Shown here: one piece after another, positions 60,320 through 64,000 of the stretch
Layout: each line of letters begins with the position of its first letter
Numbering within the stretch: the first letter of the stretch is position 1
Assembly (NCBI RefSeq): GCF_056712565.1
Contig: NZ_CM160072.1
Length of the DNA stretch: 64,000 bases
Strand: one strand, 5' to 3'
Program-made: the position numbers and the translations under genes
Notes under the pieces: model-generated
Told to the model about the DNA's origin: nothing
Databases searched by the model: none
Seen by the model: only the letters and a program-made list of their open reading frames with translations

Positions 60320-60570
60320 CCCGTAATCTCTGGCGCGCTGCCGATGCGCCGCACATTGTTCCAGCTGACTCCGTTGAGCGCCAGACGGCACAACGGTTGA
60401 TTAACGCCTGTCCAGCAGGTCTTTTTTCGCTCACACCTGAAGGTGGCTTACGTGTTGATTATCACGGCTGCCTGGAGTGTGGCACCTGCCGTTTGCTGTG
60501 CGACGAATCAACACTACAACAGTGGCGCTATCCGCCTTCCGGATTCGGCATCACCTACCGCTTTGGATAA
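60310..60570 (+). CDS. ygcO: Ferredoxin-like protein (FixX-like)
   Basis: Start at MSVARNLW (86 aa), overlapping the ygcN end; Cys cluster CLECGTC. Confidence 0.85.
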   Translation: MSVARNLWRAADAPHIVPADSVERQTAQRLINACPAGLFSLTPEGGLRVDYHGCLECGTCRLLCDESTLQQWRYPPSGFGITYRFG

Positions 60571-60586
60571 ATAATAAGGATAATTT

Positions 60587-61162
60587 ATGCCCCTCTTACA
60601 CCTGCTCCGCCAGAATCCGGTGATTGCTGCCGTTAAAGATAATGCCAGCCTGCAACTGGCAATCGACTCTGAATGCCAGTTTATTTCCGTGTTGTACGGC
60701 AATATCTGCACCATTAGTAATATCGTTAAAAAGATTAAGAACGCCGGGAAATATGCTTTTATTCATGTTGATTTGCTGGAAGGCGCGTCAAATAAAGAAG
60801 TGGTGATTCAGTTTTTGAAACTGGTAACCGAGGCGGACGGAATTATCAGTACCAAAGCCTCAATGCTGAAAGCAGCAAGAGCGGAAGGTTTTTTCTGTAT
60901 TCATCGACTGTTTATTGTTGATTCGATTTCGTTTCACAACATTGATAAGCAAGTTGCGCAATCGAATCCGGATTGTATTGAGATCCTGCCAGGCTGCATG
61001 CCTAAAGTGCTGGGCTGGGTGACGGAGAAAATCCGCCAACCGCTGATTGCTGGCGGGCTGGTGTGCGATGAAGAAGATGCGCGTAATGCGATTAACGCGG
61101 GTGTTGTGGCGCTTTCCACCACGAATACTGGGGTCTGGACGTTAGCGAAAAAATTGCTTTGA
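60587..61162 (+). CDS. ygcP: GlpP-like glycerol-3-phosphate-responsive antiterminator family protein
   Basis: 191-aa ORF matching recalled YgcP. Confidence 0.88.
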   Translation: MPLLHLLRQNPVIAAVKDNASLQLAIDSECQFISVLYGNICTISNIVKKIKNAGKYAFIHVDLLEGASNKEVVIQFLKLVTEADGIISTKASMLKAARAEGFFCIHRLFIVDSISFHNIDKQVAQSNPDCIEILPGCMPKVLGWVTEKIRQPLIAGGLVCDEEDARNAINAGVVALSTTNTGVWTLAKKLL

Positions 61163-61196
61163 CGGGATAATCGTAACAAGTTGAATTTGGTGTGAT

Positions 61197-61266
61197 TTGT
61201 AGGCTGCACGCCACATCCGACATTCAGCGCCTGATGCGACGCTTGACGCGTCTTATCAGGCCTACA
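61197..61266. repeat. REP elements between convergent ygcP and ygcQ
   Basis: TGTAGGCTGCACGCCACATCCGACAT and GCCTGATGCGACGCTTGACGCGTCTTATCAGGCCTACA. Confidence 0.8.
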
Positions 61267-61309
61267 AGTCCCCAGCCCAGAACCATCGGCAGGATCATCC
61301 GGCAGCACG

Positions 61310-62170
61310 TTATTGGCAATCTGCGTGAATGTTTGTCACCAGTGCCTCCAGCACCACTTTCCAGTCATCAACCACGCCAACATCTGCCTGTGAAAATACC
61401 GCTGCACTGGCGTCATGATTAATCGCCACCACAAACTTGCTATTGCGTACGCCCGCCATTAACGCTGCTGCGCCGGAAGCGCCAACAACAATACACACCT
61501 CAGGTGCCAGCAGATGTCCGGAAATACCAATCACTTTTTCGGCATCAACGCCACCGTTCATCACTCGTGCCCGACTGTAGCCCACTTCGGCTCCCATCTT
61601 TTCTGCCAGCATAGCGATTTCCTGGTTATCTGCCTCTCCGCCCTGCCCCACCACCAGCACCCGTCTGGCCTCAGCTAATGGGTCACGGGTAACATTTTTC
61701 AGGTTTTCGACGCTGATAAGCCAGTCTGGAAGCGCGCCGGGAACAATGTTCAGTTGCTGCATCCCAGAGGGCAACGTGGCGTTTTTATCTGCTCCCGCCT
61801 GACGTGCCAGCGAAAGGCATAGCGGGCGTTTTTCTGTTTGCAGCGTCGCCGTCAACGCATTTCCCCAGTGGGATTTGCGCACGCTTACGGTTGGAATATC
61901 TAACGAAGTCACCTGGCAGATGCTTGCACCATGTAAACGCCAGGCCAGCCGGGTCGACAGTTCATCGCCAAACGCGCCCGGAGGAAAAAGGACAACCTCC
62001 GCAGGCGTTCGTTGCCACTGTTCCACCAGCGCATCCAGCACCTGTTCCGCAACCATCGGCTGTGGTTCTATTTGCCAATGCGTTAGTGTGCTGCCGCTGA
62101 AATCCTGCGCCGCCAGCCAGCCCGCCATTGCGGCATGTTCCTGATTTATTGTCACAATTGCGATATTCAT
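61310..62170 (-). CDS. ygcQ: Electron transfer flavoprotein alpha-subunit-like protein (FixB-like)
   Basis: Start at MNIAIVTINQ (286 aa); the ORF track extends 11 codons upstream. Confidence 0.88.
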   Translation of the reverse strand: MNIAIVTINQEHAAMAGWLAAQDFSGSTLTHWQIEPQPMVAEQVLDALVEQWQRTPAEVVLFPPGAFGDELSTRLAWRLHGASICQVTSLDIPTVSVRKSHWGNALTATLQTEKRPLCLSLARQAGADKNATLPSGMQQLNIVPGALPDWLISVENLKNVTRDPLAEARRVLVVGQGGEADNQEIAMLAEKMGAEVGYSRARVMNGGVDAEKVIGISGHLLAPEVCIVVGASGAAALMAGVRNSKFVVAINHDASAAVFSQADVGVVDDWKVVLEALVTNIHADCQ

Positions 62171-62946
62171 GGCTGCATCCTTTGGCGTAAATAGTCCTGC
62201 CATAGCTTTTGCGCTTTTTCTGCAACCGTTTGCCCATCAATCAGCGCCGCTCTGCGTCGTTGCTCTGGCCTTGCCAGTTGCAGGCACTGTATCGCTGGCG
62301 CTTCCGCGGCAACAGTTTCGCGGGTAATCTCCGCTTTCCCCGCCGCCATTCGCTGGCGCATTCCCGGTACTGGCAAGGCCACTTCACCACACTGACGCAC
62401 GGCAATCACCGCAGGCAAGCGAACCCGGCAACAGCGCACCCCATGTTCAGTACGCTGTTCGAGGGTGATAAACGGTGCGTCGAGAGTAAAGCGCTCCACC
62501 TGGGTGAAGCAGGGCCAGACCAGCATTTCCGCCAGCAAAAATGGCGTTTGCCCATTCTGCCCTTCGCTGCTTTGGCAGCCAGTAATTATCAGATCCAGCG
62601 GATTCTGGTACTGCCATTCGGCAATATGGAGAGCGACAAATTCCGGCGCAAAGCGCAGATCTGCCGCCGTCTCCAGCAATACAGCTTCCTCAAACCCAAG
62701 TGCCATGAGATAGCGCAGCCAGTGCAACGCCCGTTCATCCCCCATGCTCAACGCGGTTAAAGACATCGGCGTACCGTTTTTTCTCTGCGCCAACAGCAGC
62801 GCGGCGGCAGCCTGTTCATCGGCACCGAGTAAACTTCGCAGAAGCGAAACATCCGGTCCGATATTACCCTGAGCCGCCGCCAGCCACTCTTTTTCCGCCA
62901 GCATCCCGGCATCCGGTTCGGCTTTAAACGCTAACAGTATGTTCAT
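62167..62946 (-). CDS. ygcR: Electron transfer flavoprotein beta-subunit-like protein (FixA-like)
   Basis: Start at MNILLAFKAEPD (259 aa); overlaps ygcQ start. Confidence 0.88.
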   Translation of the reverse strand: MNILLAFKAEPDAGMLAEKEWLAAAQGNIGPDVSLLRSLLGADEQAAAALLLAQRKNGTPMSLTALSMGDERALHWLRYLMALGFEEAVLLETAADLRFAPEFVALHIAEWQYQNPLDLIITGCQSSEGQNGQTPFLLAEMLVWPCFTQVERFTLDAPFITLEQRTEHGVRCCRVRLPAVIAVRQCGEVALPVPGMRQRMAAGKAEITRETVAAEAPAIQCLQLARPEQRRRAALIDGQTVAEKAQKLWQDYLRQRMQP

Positions 62947-64000
62947 TCGCACCTCCTGCATTTCCCGCCGCCACCAGCGGGAGTGCTTTGGTTTCTGGTG
63001 CCCATAGCCAGGTCACAACAAAACCAACCAACAACACTGCCGCCAGGAGCAATAAGGTGGCTTGCATTCCCCACTGTGCCAGCACCCACGGCAGCAGGCC
63101 AGTACTTACCGCCGCCCCCAACCGACTCATGGCGGTGGCAAAACCGACGCCCAGCGAGCGAATGTCAGTAGGAAAACTTTCCGCAGGCAAAATGCCCACC
63201 AGATTACTGACTGCCGAAATGGTGGTGCTGAAGAGAACAAAAAGCAGCAGCGTTAATGAACTGCCGGAAGGCAAACAGGCCATTACTACCAGCGTTGCCG
63301 TTAGCAGCAAAAAACTTCCCAGTAAAAATCTGCGATGCGCTAACAAGTGGGTCAACACTAACCCTAATAACGCGCCAACAATTAACAACGCATTAAGCAT
63401 CAGGCTGGCAGTCAGCGCATCTTCCAGACCAATAGTTTGGGCGATGGTCGGCAGCCAGGTATAAATCACAAACCATGGGATTACGAGGCAGACAAAGAAG
63501 ACGCTGTTAAACGCCGTGCGCCGCCAGTAGCGCGAAGAGAACAAGGTTTTGATGTGTTTATGGGTCGCCGTTGCCACTTCATCGCCCAGTAAAACATGGG
63601 GACCAAAGTAGCGATGCACGATAGCGTGAGCTTCTGCAAAACGCCCCTGGCGCAGTAGCCAGCGTGGCGATTCTGGCGTTCCCCAGCGTAATAACGTAAT
63701 CAACAACGCGGGCAGAGCTGCCGATGCCAGCAGCCAGCGCCAGGCCTCCGGGCTTTCGCTAATAAAGTGATGTCCGGCAATACTTGCCAACACATAGCCT
63801 ACGGTCCACACCACGCTGAACGCGCCCAGCAAAACACCGCGATGGCGGCGCGGAGAAAATTCAGCCAGCAAAGTGTGACCTACTGAGTAATCGCCTCCCA
63901 GACCAATGCCGATCAAAATGCGCAATCCAATAAGATGCTCTGGCGTGGTGGCAAAAAATTGCAAGAACGAAGCGAGCGTAATCAGCATAAAACTGAAGGT
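62924..64000 (-). CDS. ygcS: MFS sugar-porter-family transporter, 3' portion (N-terminus beyond window end)
   Basis: Open frame continues to the window edge; polytopic membrane sequence with MFS signature (GLGGDYSVG); recalled YgcS is ~445 aa. Confidence 0.85.
   Translation of the reverse strand, partial: TFSFMLITLASFLQFFATTPEHLIGLRILIGIGLGGDYSVGHTLLAEFSPRRHRGVLLGAFSVVWTVGYVLASIAGHHFISESPEAWRWLLASAALPALLITLLRWGTPESPRWLLRQGRFAEAHAIVHRYFGPHVLLGDEVATATHKHIKTLFSSRYWRRTAFNSVFFVCLVIPWFVIYTWLPTIAQTIGLEDALTASLMLNALLIVGALLGLVLTHLLAHRRFLLGSFLLLTATLVVMACLPSGSSLTLLLFVLFSTTISAVSNLVGILPAESFPTDIRSLGVGFATAMSRLGAAVSTGLLPWVLAQWGMQATLLLLAAVLLVGFVVTWLWAPETKALPLVAAGNAGGANEHTVSV

Overview
This window reads as an Escherichia coli-type chromosomal segment (K-12 map roughly srlB to ygcS), identified by recalled protein identity and gene order rather than any database search. 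It is mostly conserved core: sorbitol operon tail (srlBD-gutM-srlR-gutQ), norR/norVW, hypF-hydN, the cryptic asc operon, the hyc/hyp formate-hydrogenlyase cluster with fhlA, the mutS-rpoS region, nlpD-pcm-surE-truD-ispFD-ftsB, cysCND, iap, cysHIJ, queD and ygcNOPQRS. Five places depart from the K-12 arrangement and are the main second-look items. (1) iap and cysH are only 541 bp apart: the type I-E CRISPR-Cas locus found here in K-12 is absent, and the gap carries a Hok-family type I toxin gene. (2) A ~750-bp islet between ascB and hycI encodes a HigA-family HTH antitoxin-like protein preceded by a small signal-peptide ORF, with no recognisable HigB toxin. (3) A ~2.1-kb AT-rich islet between ygbN and rpoS carries a secreted metallo-beta-lactamase-fold protein and a flavodoxin-like protein. 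(4) ygbN is split by an apparent 1-bp frameshift. (5) A two-domain Mop/TOBE molbindin gene sits between fhlA and ygbA. rpoS is intact with Glu at codon 33. No rRNA, tRNA, IS element or CRISPR repeat was seen. Gene starts were corrected by eye where the ORF track begins at an upstream or non-ATG codon.
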